A stretch of DNA of 64,000 bases. It comes from Torpedo marmorata (taxonomy: Eukaryota). The position numbers and the translations under genes were made by a program. Position 1 is the stretch's first letter. Each line of letters starts with the position of its first letter. This document shows positions 1-13,045 of the stretch, piece by piece. The stretch spans positions 185,938,001-186,002,000 of the forward strand of contig OZ360223.1 of the NCBI GenBank assembly GCA_977017645.1, read 5' to 3'. The notes beneath the pieces were generated by a model that ran no database searches, was not told the DNA's origin, and worked only from the letters and a program-made list of their open reading frames with translations.

Positions 1-3000
1 CAGTCTCCTTTGCGGCATTTTCCAGCCATTTCAAAAGTTTAGCTTCACTTTCAAACCTCACTTTATATAAATTGTTTTCCAAAATGATATATAAAAGGAT
101 ATAGTTTTGGGATCTTGAAATTTAACTATCAATTTGATAACTGAATTTACTTTACGCATGTTAGTCCATTGAGTGGATAAGATGCAGGAAAACATATATG
201 CTTTATGATTAGATTTCTTTTGCCCTTTTACAAAAGTTCAAATCGCCTTAACCCCAAAAGATGAATATTTTCTTGCATAATGGATTAATTTATTGTTGTT
301 CTTTTCTTCTTTGTGTCCATTTATGTCTGCAGAAGCTGAGGGTGGGCATGGGGGTGGGGAGGGGGGGGCGGTGTGTGGCTGAGGTGCGGAACAGTGGTGA
401 AGGTTTGAAGGTGCTAATCAAACAAGTGGGGCAGATGCTTCTGTCACAATAAATTCCACAATGTGAAATTCTGTCCCGGAAAGAAGCTGCTTGCCAAGCT
501 GTCCAACACCCGACATGTTGAAACTTTATTCACTTGACACTCCTTTTGCTGCCTCATGCTGACCACTCTCTGAAGATTATGTTTGTACTCCCACTCAAGG
601 CAGTTAATTTGGAAATCCTTTTGATGGATTAAAGAAAGCACTTTAAAAAGATGACAAATGAGAAAAAAAATTTAAAAACCAGTTTCCAGATATTTTAGCG
701 CCATTTTACTTTGTGGAAGAGCAATTGTTATTCAAAAATGAAACCATCTTTTAAGAAATTCTAAACAAAGATTATTTATGAACATCTCCTTTTAATATAT
801 TTTCAAGTGTATTTTTATAGGTCTGTAAAATAAAGCTTTTGCAATTTTACCAGTATCTGCTTTGATTGACTTATTACAAACCTTCAGAACTCTGTAAAAT
901 GGGGCTACGTGATGGTTGACTGGTATTAAATGTATCCCTTGTAAAAAGACAAAATGGATACTGTTTCTTTTTATAGAGACATTCAGTAATCAACATTTTT
1001 ATCTCCATTTTCTGGCTTTTCATGGACCTTGAGCATTTTTTCAAAAAAAGCTTTGATTTTTCCTAATTCCAAAGAAATAAAATCAAAATCTTGTGATTGA
1101 ACCCCTCCTCAGAGATGGGGAGTATTTTAACTAGGGAGTCTTACCATTTCTTTTTTTAAAGAATACATTACCAAAATAATTAATATTTAATATATTTCTT
1201 GATCATTTGCTTCCTTTTGTGTTGTTTTGTTAAGTTTGAGTGAGTAGTCTGTGTTTGATGAATTGTCGTAATGTTTAGCACAAGGGAGACTGCACAGTTA
1301 AAATGATGGTAAGTGAGCACAATGGTTGTGGGTTTTTGCCTGCCAGTTCTCCTATCACCATTCACCAGGCAATTCAGTGTCTCCCATTGAAAGGAACCAT
1401 TACATTGTTCATGTTCAGTAAAGCTTTATAACCAGATGAATTTTGCAATTTTGCTTTTCTAAATCAGAAAGTTTTATTTTGTATGTATCTTTTTATAGAT
1501 GATGGATTGTCATCTCATATAATATCACATTTTATATTGACAATGAATGTATAGATCAACTTTATATTGAATTGTATCATACTATGTTGGTCTTCTGTTA
1601 TAATGCAATATTTGAACATAACAGTTGCCAACTCACATTTCATGTGGACCATCCAAATAGTTAAACACAGAACATCTGGATAACTTTGCTGATTAAATAA
1701 CTTAAATGTAATGCTTTGTGATGAATGTTTACTTTCCCTTGATATGAATTCTTCATTTAAAATTAGTGCAATGTGGTATCACATCTTTTTTTTAACATTT
1801 TTGTACATTAGTTGGTTCTGTTGACATGTTCATGTATTGGCACATCTTGATTTTACTCTTTTGTGTGACAGACTTCAGAGCCAACATTTTTAAAAAGCTT
1901 CCTCTATCCCTTCTTGTCAAATGGAAGCTCTAGGTAGCATGCCATAAATACATGTGAAAGCACTATGGTTTAACAATTTTAGATTTTCTAAATGTTGATG
2001 CTCCTACAGAGGGAAAAATACATCAATGATTGGCATTCAAAAATATTCAGCGAAACATATACTGTATATTGCAATAAAAGAACAGAATAATGTGAAAGAT
2101 CAAATGGCAATTTCTTTAGCACAGCTCTTATTTTGACAAACAGCAAATTAGTTGGAGGGGTCTTAAATCAACTTTTGAGTTTCATTCCTCAAGTTAGTAG
2201 AGCTTTTGTAAACGGCATGTGAAATATTTAATTAAACTGGGATTTATTTTCGCTGGTCTCCCAATGTCTGTTCTCTGCCCCTTTCCCTTTGTGTGTCTGT
2301 CTATTTTCCATCAATCCAATTACACCCCGATGTCTGTGAACCAACACTACGATTCTTTCTCCAGATGTTGGCACACAGCATGGCGTTCACTGACATTTTG
2401 GATGGATTTCCCACCTTAAATACTCCTGTATAATTAATGGACAGGAAATGATTTCTGCTTTTGCCCATCCACATTGCTAGCTCTCTTTCACAAACTCCCC
2501 CAACCCAACTTCCTATTTTACAGGAGACCTGTTTCTATTAGTTGCTCCATCTTGTGGTCTAACCGAGAACCGGCAATAAAATTTGTTTAATAAGGTTTAT
2601 GGGAATTATTGAAATGAAACTTAACTTTACTCTTTTGTGTAACTGATTTTTAAAATATCTCCCAATCCTTTGGCAATTGCAAATACTAAGCAGAATCTTG
2701 CACCATTCAAACAGAAAGTGCACCACAATTTCCTTGAATAAAAATCCAGTGCAGTTTTTCATTTGAACATTAAAATAGTAAGGTCAAACCAGCTGCTTTA
2801 AAAAGTCCATTATTTAAGCATTCTTCATTATCCTGATTGAGCAAAGAATCCGTACTGAATGTTTTGAGGTTCCTCAGTGATGGTTTAGCAGTTAGAAAGC
2901 TGTTCAGTCAGAATGATCTCCAGAATGGGTGTATTGTGTGGTGAGTTAGTGGGGAGGATTGTGCAAGTAAGGGGAGTTGTTGGTGAGGAGGATGGGTACT

Positions 3001-4229
3001 GCAGTGAAGGATGCTGGAAATCACAATTAAAGTTTAGCTATTTGTGTTTTTGTAGTGGGGTCACAACTCAGGAAATTTTTATGACTCTACTTTTGTTGAT
3101 TCAACAATTAAACCAGAATGTTGATGGTGGACCATGGGAGGGTTCCTGACAAGAAGAAGGGGGAGTATTTTAGAATACTGACAGTGAGTTGCTGCAATGG
3201 AATTCTAAGTTTTAATTCAACACCTCCCCCACCCCTCCCCCCACACCATCCCACGTATTGGAGTTTGAGGTCAGTCTTTCACCAATATCTTGATGTAGGT
3301 CATTACTTTAAAAAAAAAGTTGGTTAGGCCCAGCGGGATTGCAATAGGTATACCCTTTATGTGATGTGAAAAACAAAACTCTTGGAAAAAAAAGTCAATT
3401 TGCTTGTTTCAGTGCCTTGAATTGATGACACCGAAGAAGCAAAAATTCAGTAAGAGTTGGAAATTACGGTAATTATATTTTTAATTTATTTAAACATTTC
3501 TTCCAAAAATATAGAACTATTCTGTATGAGCAGAATGTTTTGTGAATAAATAACTGAAAGATCTAAATTGGTTTCTGATGACATTGCTCGCCTTCTCAGA
3601 AAAATAAAGGATAGGTTTTGCTTAGCTGAATACCAGTACTTCAAGAAATACTCAATTCTCATTATCGGAAACACATTTTAGATAATGGCCAACTATATGC
3701 AAATATTAAGATAATTAATCCACTAACTAACTGCAAGATCTTTATTGAACAGCTGCATGCTTATGCTTGTTTTTTTTGATGTCCCTCAACACCAGGAGTT
3801 CAGCTGCTTAGTGTTATGGTAGGAGATTATTCTTTCATTGCAAAAATCTGTGGAATATGGTTATTGAAATGATGTGGGTAGAATGAAAGTAATATTCATT
3901 GTTGGCCATTGTCCCTTTGTGGTTAAAATAAGGCTCTTGGACTGCTGAGTCGTTATCCGTGGCTTTTGGTGTTTCATAGTGGTTAGCTTTCGAATAGGCC
4001 ATTAAAATAACTCAGACATTTTGACAAATAGCAGTAAACCAAATCCTAAAGTACACTGTATTGTTTTCTATGTTGCTTTGTTTTTGGTTCCAAAAAGATG
4101 TGGGATTAAAAGCTGCACAAATAACCTACGGGTAATTGTTTCTCAGTATGCCGCATGGAATTTGAAAATCTTTTAAACTCCTCCTTTAACTAAGGATATA
4201 CAGTAGATATAAATTGGATATGTGTAGTG

Positions 4230-4603
4230 CAGTGGTTTTCAAACTGCCCCCCTAAACTCACATTCCACCTTAAGCAATCCCTATGCCATAAGTGCTCTGT
4301 GATTAAAGGGATTTACTTAAGGTGGTATGTGAGTGGAAAGAAAAAGTTTGAAAACCACTGTTTTAATCGTACCTAATTGACTCGTTATGTGCACGGTTTC
4401 ATAACTCCAAAGGAAATGGGCCAATGACAATTTTTCTCAAGCAAAATATTTCAGTAACAATTGGGTCTAGAGCAGTGGTTCGCAACCTTCCCTTCCCACT
4501 CACATACCACCTTAAGCAATCCCTTATTAATCACAGAGCACTTATGGCGTAGGGATTGCTTAAGGTGGAATGTGAGTTTAGGGGGGCAGTTTGAAAACCA
4601 CTG
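4230..4603. mobile_element. Non-autonomous hAT (Charlie-like) composite MITE: two inverted 131-bp MITE units around a 112-bp spacer
   Basis: Outer TIRs CAGTGGTTTTCAAACTGCCCCCC / GGGGGGCAGTTTGAAAACCACTG; perfect 8-bp TSD GTGTAGTG at 4222-4229 and 4604-4611. Units 4230-4360 and 4473-4603 each have their own CAGTGGTT...AACCACTG ends. Confidence 0.9.
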
Positions 4604-4780
4604 GTGTAGTGCCATATAGTCAAAATACTATTGTTGCTGCCCGAGCTGATGTTTATCATGTTCACCTCGCATAATTCCAGTGGAGACCAATGGAGCAAGT
4701 GTACTAATATTTTCAGTGCCGTAGTCAAATGTTTTGAAGCTCCCGTAGATGAAAACAGTTATTTTTGATTAGTAGTAACG

Positions 4781-6049
4781 TTTTTTTTAAAATATTTTAT
4801 TTAAAATTTTTAAGTCACACAATACACTGTATAAAATGCAAAATTATCAAAATACATGTGATACATTTTCTCCCCCCCACCCTCCCTCCCCTCCCTAACC
4901 CTCCCACCCCTACTAATCTAGTAAAATAGAAAATAAAGAAAGAAAAAGATAAAATAAGGAGAATGTCAATCTAAAAAAAGAACAACTATAAACTAATTTT
5001 ATTGTGGAGAATAGGTTCACCAGTCAGATCTGATATCCAGAGATCTTCAAATCCTTAAACCAACAGTTTTTATATATGGGCTCCATATTTTCAAAAAGAA
5101 ATGATTTATTACGTAAATTATAAGTAATTTTTTCAAGTGGTATAGCTGAACGAAGTTCTGCGTGCCATCTATCTAACCCTAAATCTACATCAGATTTCCA
5201 TGTAATAGCAATACATTTCTTAGAAACAGCTAAAGCAATTCGCAAAAATTCTATTTGATACATATTTAATTTCATCTTGATACTAATTCTTTTAATATCT
5301 CCAAATAAAAATATCATAGGATCCATTGGGAGTGTAATTCTTAATACTTTATCTAAAAACTTTTTAACTTTCAACCAAAAATCATATATCTTTGAACAAA
5401 GCCATGTAGAATGTACAAAAGAACCTTCCTCTCTATTACATCTAAAACATAAACCAGATAATGTCGGATTAAATTTCTTTAATTTTTTAGGTGTTAAATA
5501 TAAGTGATGAAAAAAATTATATTGCACTAGTCTATATCTGACATTAATAATCTTCGTCATACTTAATTTACATAAATCTTTCCAATGTTCTTCATCTATT
5601 GTTACATTCAAATCTGATTCCCATTTTAATCTTGATTTGTGAATTCCTACTTTAGGCATTTTTCTCTGTAATAATCTATACATTTGAGAAATACATTAAT
5701 TTACACCTCCATTAATAACTAATAATTCCAGTTCACTTTGTCTTGGTAAAGTCAAACTATAACCCAACCTTTCAACTAAAAATGCTCTGATTTGATAATA
5801 AGCAAAAAGTGTATTATTTAATACATTAAACTTTTCTTTCATTCTCTGAAAAGTAATAAATTTACTAGCTTCAAAACAATCATTTATTTTCTTAATTCCC
5901 TTTTGAAACCAAATTTTAAATAATTGATTATCAACAGTAAATGGAATAAGTTTATTTTGATATAAAGGCATTCTTCGAGAAATTAACCCTTTCCCTCTTA
6001 TCTCCCTATCCACTCTATTCCATATTTATAACAAATGTTTAAAAATAGG
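4781..6049 (-). mobile_element. 5'-truncated L1-clade LINE (ORF2 C-terminus + 3'UTR), copy 1
   Basis: ORFs 5696-6013 and 5024-5683 encode an L1 ORF2 C-terminus with CCHC knuckle CFRCNREEGSFVHSTWLC. G-rich 3'UTR tract, AATAAA and A-tail (T run 4781-4788). Near-identical to 59110-60386. Confidence 0.9.
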
Positions 6050-6944
6050 TTGATAGGCAAGGTTGATAGCCACACCGAGTGGCAGTGAAACTGTGGTTAT
6101 ACAATACTACTGTTACCTATTTCAAGAACTTGAAAGCTGAAAGAAGAACCTTGAACACAATTTTGGAGGAACAACTGTGGGCTAATTTTGAAGGCTTTAA
6201 TAAAGGTGTTTTTTAAAAAAGGACCCAGTTTAATTAACCTGATTGTAATCTTTATTTTCACGTCTTTAAGAATCATTTTATTTTCCCTAATGTTTGTTCT
6301 AAGGGATGTAGGTTTAATTGAATTGTAATTGGTACCACAGGATGCCTCCTTGGAAATGGATGTCTGAACTTTTGGGGTAATGTGTAAGCAGTTTGACATG
6401 ATTGATGACTAACAATTTATCGGTGACTCTTTAATTCAGAGAAGTTGCTGATGGCTTTCATTGTTTAAAAAACACAAGATTCCAATGAAAATACTTTTCA
6501 TTTTCTTCCAAAATGCTATCAGCATTTGTGAAAATCGGGCCTATAGAGTAATTGTTTTGGAGGATTCAGGTTATTTGTAACTTAATGCAGTTAAAATGGA
6601 TGAACAGATTGCTGTCGGAAGTGTGTCTGGTGTGGCTGCTATCACCGTTGATGACATTAGTGGCTCTTGTATTTTGAATGCTTCAAAAAAGATTTTGAAC
6701 AACTGGATTTATCATTGAAAATAAATCCTTAATAAAGGGTATAATGGCTGTGGCTTATAGGAAAGCAAATGAGGATAATTCTCCCAGACAAATTCATTGG
6801 GAACCTTGCCTATTTTTCTTAACAACTTCAAAAAATAATCTTTGATATCTAGATTAGATTATTTTGTCACTGATTTAATATTTTGAGGCCAAATTTAGAA
6901 CAGCCAAAGTAAACTTTTTTTTAATCAGATTGGACCATTTTTCA

Positions 6945-7052
6945 TCAAGGAATGGAGATGCAGGGAGAATAAAATGGGAGTAATGTTGGATACGTAGAAA
7001 TGGGTGGTTGATTTCTGGCATGGACTTGGTGGGTTGAAGAGCAAGTTCTATG
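6945..7052 (+). mobile_element. Degraded CR1/HE1-type 3' tail
   Basis: GGCATGGACTTGGTGGGTTGAAGAGC...TTCTATG resembles the CR1 3' ends in this window (e.g. 41985-42040). Confidence 0.5.
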
Positions 7053-8571
7053 GAGATGAAATTCCTTGTTAAATGTAATAAATTAATTGTTCCACAGGAA
7101 ACACCAGAAATTTTTGATGTGTGTTATACTCATACATTCCATTTAAATTATTTTTTCACGTGCACATAAAATATCACACCATTGTATATATTTTTAATTT
7201 AACAGTTTCGATTTAAACAAAGTCAGACCAGTTAGTATCCAGACCTACATATTAGAAAGTATTTCCATTCAGTAGTTTCCCAAATACTACAAGGATAACA
7301 TTTTATTCTTGATCCATTCTCCTGGTTTGGCCTATGGTAGACCCTTGGCTGTAGATAAGGACTAATATCACATTTTCCAAAAATTGTAGTGTTTAATGTC
7401 AATATTGTATATTAAAACTTGATTTGTTCTTATTTGTTGAACATAAACTCACTTAACTTTAAACTTAATTATACAATAACAAGGCTAAAATTCACATTTG
7501 TTTATTTCAGAACTGAAACATGTAAGTTTAGTCAATAAAAGTTGTACTTTGAAATTATTGTATGTATAATAACTTTAAAGAAATAAAATCATTTTTGCTG
7601 TCTCAACAACTGTTCTCTGGATCTGGTTATAAAAATACAATTATCTTCAAAAATATGTGGTGGAAAGAAGAACATTAAATATATAAAGCTGTTGATAACT
7701 TGCCCCCTTCCAGTCCCAGTTGAAAGAACAACTACACAAGGGCTTGTTTAAAATTGACGTGGAATGGGGACCTAAATGAGTACGTCTTTGGATAGGACAG
7801 ATTTATTCCTCTGGCATGCTAACTGGGTAATGTGCTGTTATTCTGTCCATTTCTATTCTCAATGAAATGTATGCACTATTGTTCTGCATCTGTCTTTTTA
7901 AAATTTAATTTTGCTGGTGACTAAATGTGAACACTTAATTATTTTAAAGATCATTACACCCTCTGTTCCTTTCTCCTATACTATGTGAACCTTATTTCAT
8001 TAACAGCATGTTGCTCAGCTCTGTATCAGTATTTAAAATATGGAATGTTGGAGATAATAATAAAAGCGCGGAGCACAGGTCAAAGAACTGCCACGCGTCA
8101 AGGATTTTCATGCAGGAGATTAATGAAAGATGGGAAATGGATACATTAGTTCCCATTAGATCAAATAAGAAAATATGTGGGAAATTCCAAAGAGAAGTAA
8201 GAGACTTGGTAGTGTTGAAAATATATTACATTTTTCTAAATATACTTTTGAAAAATGTCTAAACTTTTTGCATCTTCCAAAGCTGAAGAACTGTTCAGTG
8301 GTCTCGCTAACTTGAGGAGAAATTGGGGGAGGTGTTTTAGATTTGCTTATAAAAAGGGAAATACAGCAGTGTGTTTTGACCACTTCATAACAGCTAAGAA
8401 TACAATTTGTCAAGATGACTTCTTTCATTCTTCTCTCAAACTTTAAGTTTGGCAGTTCCTCAGTAAACCAAAATATTTCCAAATTCTTAAATGCTGATTT
8501 GAAAGAAATATTTTGATTGTTTAATTTTACTATTATTAAATGCCATGTTTCTTGTAGTTTTTGACATGAAG

Positions 8572-9535
8572 TGAATTGTAGAAATATTCAGCAAAGAAGA
8601 AGGGTATTTGGCCCATCAAATCTGTGCCAGCAAACACAGTCCCATTTCCCTACTGCCTTGCAAATTCTTAACTTCAAATATTTACTAATTAGAAAACCGC
8701 CGTGGAATATACAGTACATTCCCTGCACCTTCAGACGGTGCTTTCCAAATAATCATTTAAAAATGTTTTTATTCATAATGCCTTGAAACATTTGTCGATT
8801 GCTTTAATTCTGAGTCATCTGGTTGTCATCCCTCTGCAATTGGGGAAAAAAATCTCCTTTTTTATATTTTCCAAACCTCTATCAAACTTCCTATTGAATC
8901 TTTTCTGCTGTAAAGAGAACAACCTTAAATTCTGTCATCTATCCTCATAATTGAAAATTCTGTCTTCTGGAAACATTCCAGTAAATCTTGTCTGTACCCT
9001 TTAGGAACTTCAGCACCTTCCTAAAGTGTGGTGCCCAGAATTCAGCACAATACTCTAGTTGTGGCCTAATGAGTATTTTTATAAAGGTTCAACAGAACTT
9101 CATTGTTTTTGTAATTTATGCATGTGTTTATGAAGGCCAGTATCCCAGATGCTTCATTAACTGCTTTCTCAGCCAGTCCTGCTACTTTCAAAGATTTATA
9201 CACGTATCAACTGACCTTGGTGTTTTTGTGAAACCCACTACTATCTGCCTTATTGCAAGCCACATTTCCAAGCTTTGTGTAATCCATGAATTTTGAAATT
9301 TTTACTTTGTATGTCCACGCCTAAGTCAATAAAAAGTCTCGGCCAAAACTAGTATCCAAGGACTGATCCTGGAGGGGAGCACTATGGTCCTGTCCTTGCA
9401 GCTGCCTTCTACGACTCATTGCTCTGTCTGTAAACCAATTTCTTTCTTATGATACTCTCTAACCTATTTACTCTTTGGCCTTCAATTTTGCTGACTATTC
9501 TTTTACGCAGAATTGTATCAAATGCCTTCTGAATG
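8572..9535 (-). mobile_element. Old degraded CR1 LINE 3' fragment
   Basis: Reverse-complement similarity to the RT and 3' region of the 39-41 kb CR1 (TTCCTAAAGTGTGGTGCCCAGAATT..., TCAAATGCCTTCTGAA). Confidence 0.75.
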
Positions 9536-9540
9536 CAGCC

Positions 9541-9745
9541 AGTCGAGCCGTTAACTCACAGCTCCAGTCAACTGGGTTCAACGCTGTCTGTGTGGAATTT
9601 GCACATTCTTCCTGCGACTGCATGGGTTTTCTCTGGATGCTGCCGTTCCTTCCACATCACAAAGACAGGTTGCTAGATTGATTTGGCAGTGTAAATTGCC
9701 CCTAGTTGTAGATTACTGGTAGAATTATGGATGGTAAATTGGAGA
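9541..9745 (+). mobile_element. tRNA-derived SINE, HE1/V-SINE-like, degraded
   Basis: CTCACAGCTCCAG..GGGTTCAA (B-box-like), then CTGTCTGTGTGGAATTTGCACATTCT...GGGTTTTCTCTGGATGCT...CCACATCACAAAGAC and TAAATTGCCC, matching my recollection of the elasmobranch HE1/V-domain consensus. Confidence 0.7.
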
Positions 9746-9755
9746 GAATAGATTA

Positions 9756-10368
9756 CACTGGGCAATGAAGATTTTGCTTCCTGAACACTTTTGGGTGTAT
9801 TTTATGGATTCTGGGCTGCTGATCACGAAAATCAACTTAAAATTCTCCTATCATGTACCTTTTTTTTAGATATAACCTATTTTTGTGATTTCCTGTCATT
9901 TTAAGTCTACTTCAAGCATACAAAACCATGAAGTGCAACATGTCATTGAAAATTCATTTTCTGCATTCGCACTTGGACTTCTTCCCTGCTGATCTTGGTG
10001 CAGTCAGTGACAAACATGATGAAAGGTTTCACCAGGACATAGCGACCATGGAAAAGCGGTATCAGGGCAACTGTAATCCATCAATGCTGGCCAACTATTG
10101 TTGGACACTGACACAAGAGGCATCAGATGCTGAGTACAAATGAAAATCAGCGGCAAAACATTTTTAGGTCATTTGAACTAATGCAATGTGTCAGCATCAT
10201 TATGCGATTAAACATGCTAAATTCAATAAAAGTTCATTTAATGTTTCTCCAACTTCCTACGTGATGCAGCAAATCTGAAATTATCTTTGTGTTCAGCTTG
10301 AAGTTGTCTATCATAATCCCCAATTTTTTTCAGGAAGCAAACCTTTTGAAAAAATTTGTTGTCCAGTG
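9756..10368 (+). mobile_element. Chapaev3 (CMC superfamily) DNA transposon, internally deleted
   Basis: Ends CACTGGGCAA / TTGTCCAGTG, subterminal inverted TTTGCTTCCTGAA motif, 3-bp TTA TSD (9753-9755, 10369-10371); retains the transposase C-terminus. Confidence 0.85.
9908..10143 (+). pseudogene. Chapaev3 transposase C-terminal fragment
   Basis: LLQAYKTMKCNMSLKIHFLHSHLDFFPADLGAVSDKHDERFHQDIATMEKRYQG...YCWTL: an HxxxxH Zn ligand pair followed by the region carrying the final catalytic Glu, the arrangement of CMC/Transib/RAG1-type transposases. N-terminal part deleted. Confidence 0.8.
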
Positions 10369-12837
10369 TTATTGGAGATGGCATCATGACCTGCCTTAGG
10401 CTCAATGTATTGAATTGGCCTCCATCAACGTTGTATGGACATTTTAGAAAGCTAATGATGACCTCCTGTACACCATCAAACTCAAAGTTTATTATTTTAA
10501 AACTTCTCAACAGATTTAAAAGAAAAATTTGAATCCACTAACTAAAACCAATAAGGTGAATGTTGTTTCTTGATTTATCTTGCACAATATATATTATATC
10601 TAATATTCATCATAAGTTAATATTATAGGAAATTGTGATTGAATTTGCTAAATTCTCTAAATATTACTCAAGCATTTGTTGTGTTTTGGGTTGATTGAAA
10701 AAAGGCACATGACCTGGCTATGTAATTGATAGCAAATAATCATTTAAATGTTGTTCTGCATCATCACAGTAGTTTGAGATTTGTCAAAATACACAATAAA
10801 TACTTAGAATAAATTAGAATTTCAATAGAATTTTTTTGTGCCTTGGCAAGCTTGTTAATGAGTGACTCCTGAAGTAGCACTTTAAGCCCATAATTTTATT
10901 ACAGAAAACATTTTATTTAATAAATTATATTGATAATAAATATGATTCAATTGGGGAAGGCTCCCAAAATAAGTAAAATATTACATTCGCGCATCATAAA
11001 TTTTCAAACTTTTGTTCTGACGCGTCACCTAATCATGCTTACAAATTGTTATTCAATTAACGTTCAAAGTTAAAAAAAATGATTGTGTTGCATTTAAATT
11101 TAAATCTTCATGTCTGCAAACACCATTCTGATGTTTTACTGGAGTATTCAGACAATTTTTTTCTTATTGACTTCTCACTTGGCAATCAGTTGAAGGCTTG
11201 ATCTGACTTGCAGAAATATTGTAGAGATTGAAAGGCAGGCTTTTATTTAGCATTATCATGACGAGGTTTATTTTGAAATACCAACAAATGTTTCTAAATT
11301 TAAGCCTGTTGGAGAAATCCTAAATGCTTGGCTCCAATGAGGAATAGAGCTGACAGTCTATTTTAGGGACATTGGGAATGAAGCCCTCATGTAATAGGTT
11401 GTCTTCATTAACCCCCAGTGAGTTGCAAAGACATTTGTGCTGTGCATAGAAAGAAATCATCAGCTATTGAAAGGTTAAGTAAACCCGTGTGTACAGTACT
11501 GATTTAAATACAGTTGGAATTACTTGTCTCTGGAAAGAATGTTCCCATTGATTGGCATCGATTGAATGACTTCAAATCTACCCACAAGATGACTCTTTGG
11601 AACTGCTTAGGATTGTTTCTATGGTAACTGGTCTTATCCAAGCATTAATGTTATGTTTGGGTCAGGAAGGGGAAATAGAGAATAGTTGATGGAAGTGCAG
11701 AAGTGTGGGGTGGGGGGGGGGGCGGAGAGATGGAAGGAGTTTGGGGAGCAAGGATAATAATTTTTTCATTGATTATTGATTATGTAGAAACTAATCCTTT
11801 GTCCCACATTTGATCATTTGATATTTTGAAAGAAAAATGCTTGGAGAGGGAATGCATGAAATCATCTTTTTTGTTGATTTGCTGTTTAAGATACTTGATG
11901 AAATTGACTTACCTAATTGGATTTTTTTGCCATAATTAAGAATAACAAAGTTTTTTGCAAGATCCTTATTGGCATAATGTTGCAATATAGATGATAAGAT
12001 AACACTTGGCAGTAAAAGATCGAGGTCTACTATTTAAATCTTTTTACCATTGGTGGAAATACACAATGTTAAAAGTGAGCATGAAGCTAAAATGTAGCTG
12101 TCCCAGTTCTTGTTGTTATGTAATAAATGATGGATATAAAAAGTCAACAGTTGCATGTACTCAGGTCAAACATTTTACATGCTGTACCCCAAATGATGTC
12201 GGAAAGAGGACTGTCGTACCCAACTTACTCCTTCATTCTTGGTTGTGGGTTTAATCTGTGCTTTTCTGCTGAAGTCTCATTTGGATATGTTGTCACATTT
12301 AGATCTTTTTTTAGTGTATCAGATGAAATTATATATGCACAGTGTCTGGTTGTCAACTCCAAAAAACACAAATCTGCCCTTGAAGTATCAGAAAATAATT
12401 AGAATCTGATAGCAATGAATACCTAAAAAATGTTTTTTTTTAATGTAGTTCATATTTGGATACATAACTCTTGTTTTTCTGATATATTAAGCCTCCACAT
12501 TTAATATGACCTTTTGTCCAGAATGTTCACTGTGATGGTTGATGCCTGAAAACTACTTAATTTAGACAGACACAATTGCCTTCCAGAATTTTTGAACAGT
12601 TCTATTAGCAAACAAAATGGGAACAAGAATGCTCAATCTTTGTGAACTTGTTCCTAGACATATTGTTGATGTACACTGTGTTTTTAGAATGTATATATTG
12701 TTTTAGAAATATATACAGTACGTTTCTGAATATCTGAAATGCTTGGGACTGGACCTATCTCAGTTAAACGGATTTTTTTGATATTCGGGAATTTTCTCTA
12801 AGCAGACCAGTAGCATCAGTAGAATACTTGCATCGGC

Positions 12838-12960
12838 TGTCACCGATCCCCGACACCTCCCCACGCAGTCGCCGATCCCTGACACCTCCCCACCGCCGTC
12901 GCCAATCCTGCCCGGGAGCCCGAGGTCCCCGCTCCTGCCTGGGAGCCCGAGGTCTCACCT
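12838..12960. repeat. GC-rich tandem repeats (about 2x 29-30 bp GTCGCCGATCCCCGACACCTCCCCAC, then 2x TCCTGCCCGGGAGCCCGAGGTC)
   Basis: Directly visible tandem units. Confidence 0.85.
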
Positions 12961-13045
12961 CACCTGTAAGTGGTAGGAGATTGCACAGGGATTGTCCTCC
13001 AGCAGAATTTCAGCGACCCCGCTGAAAGGGTATTTGACCGAGGGA

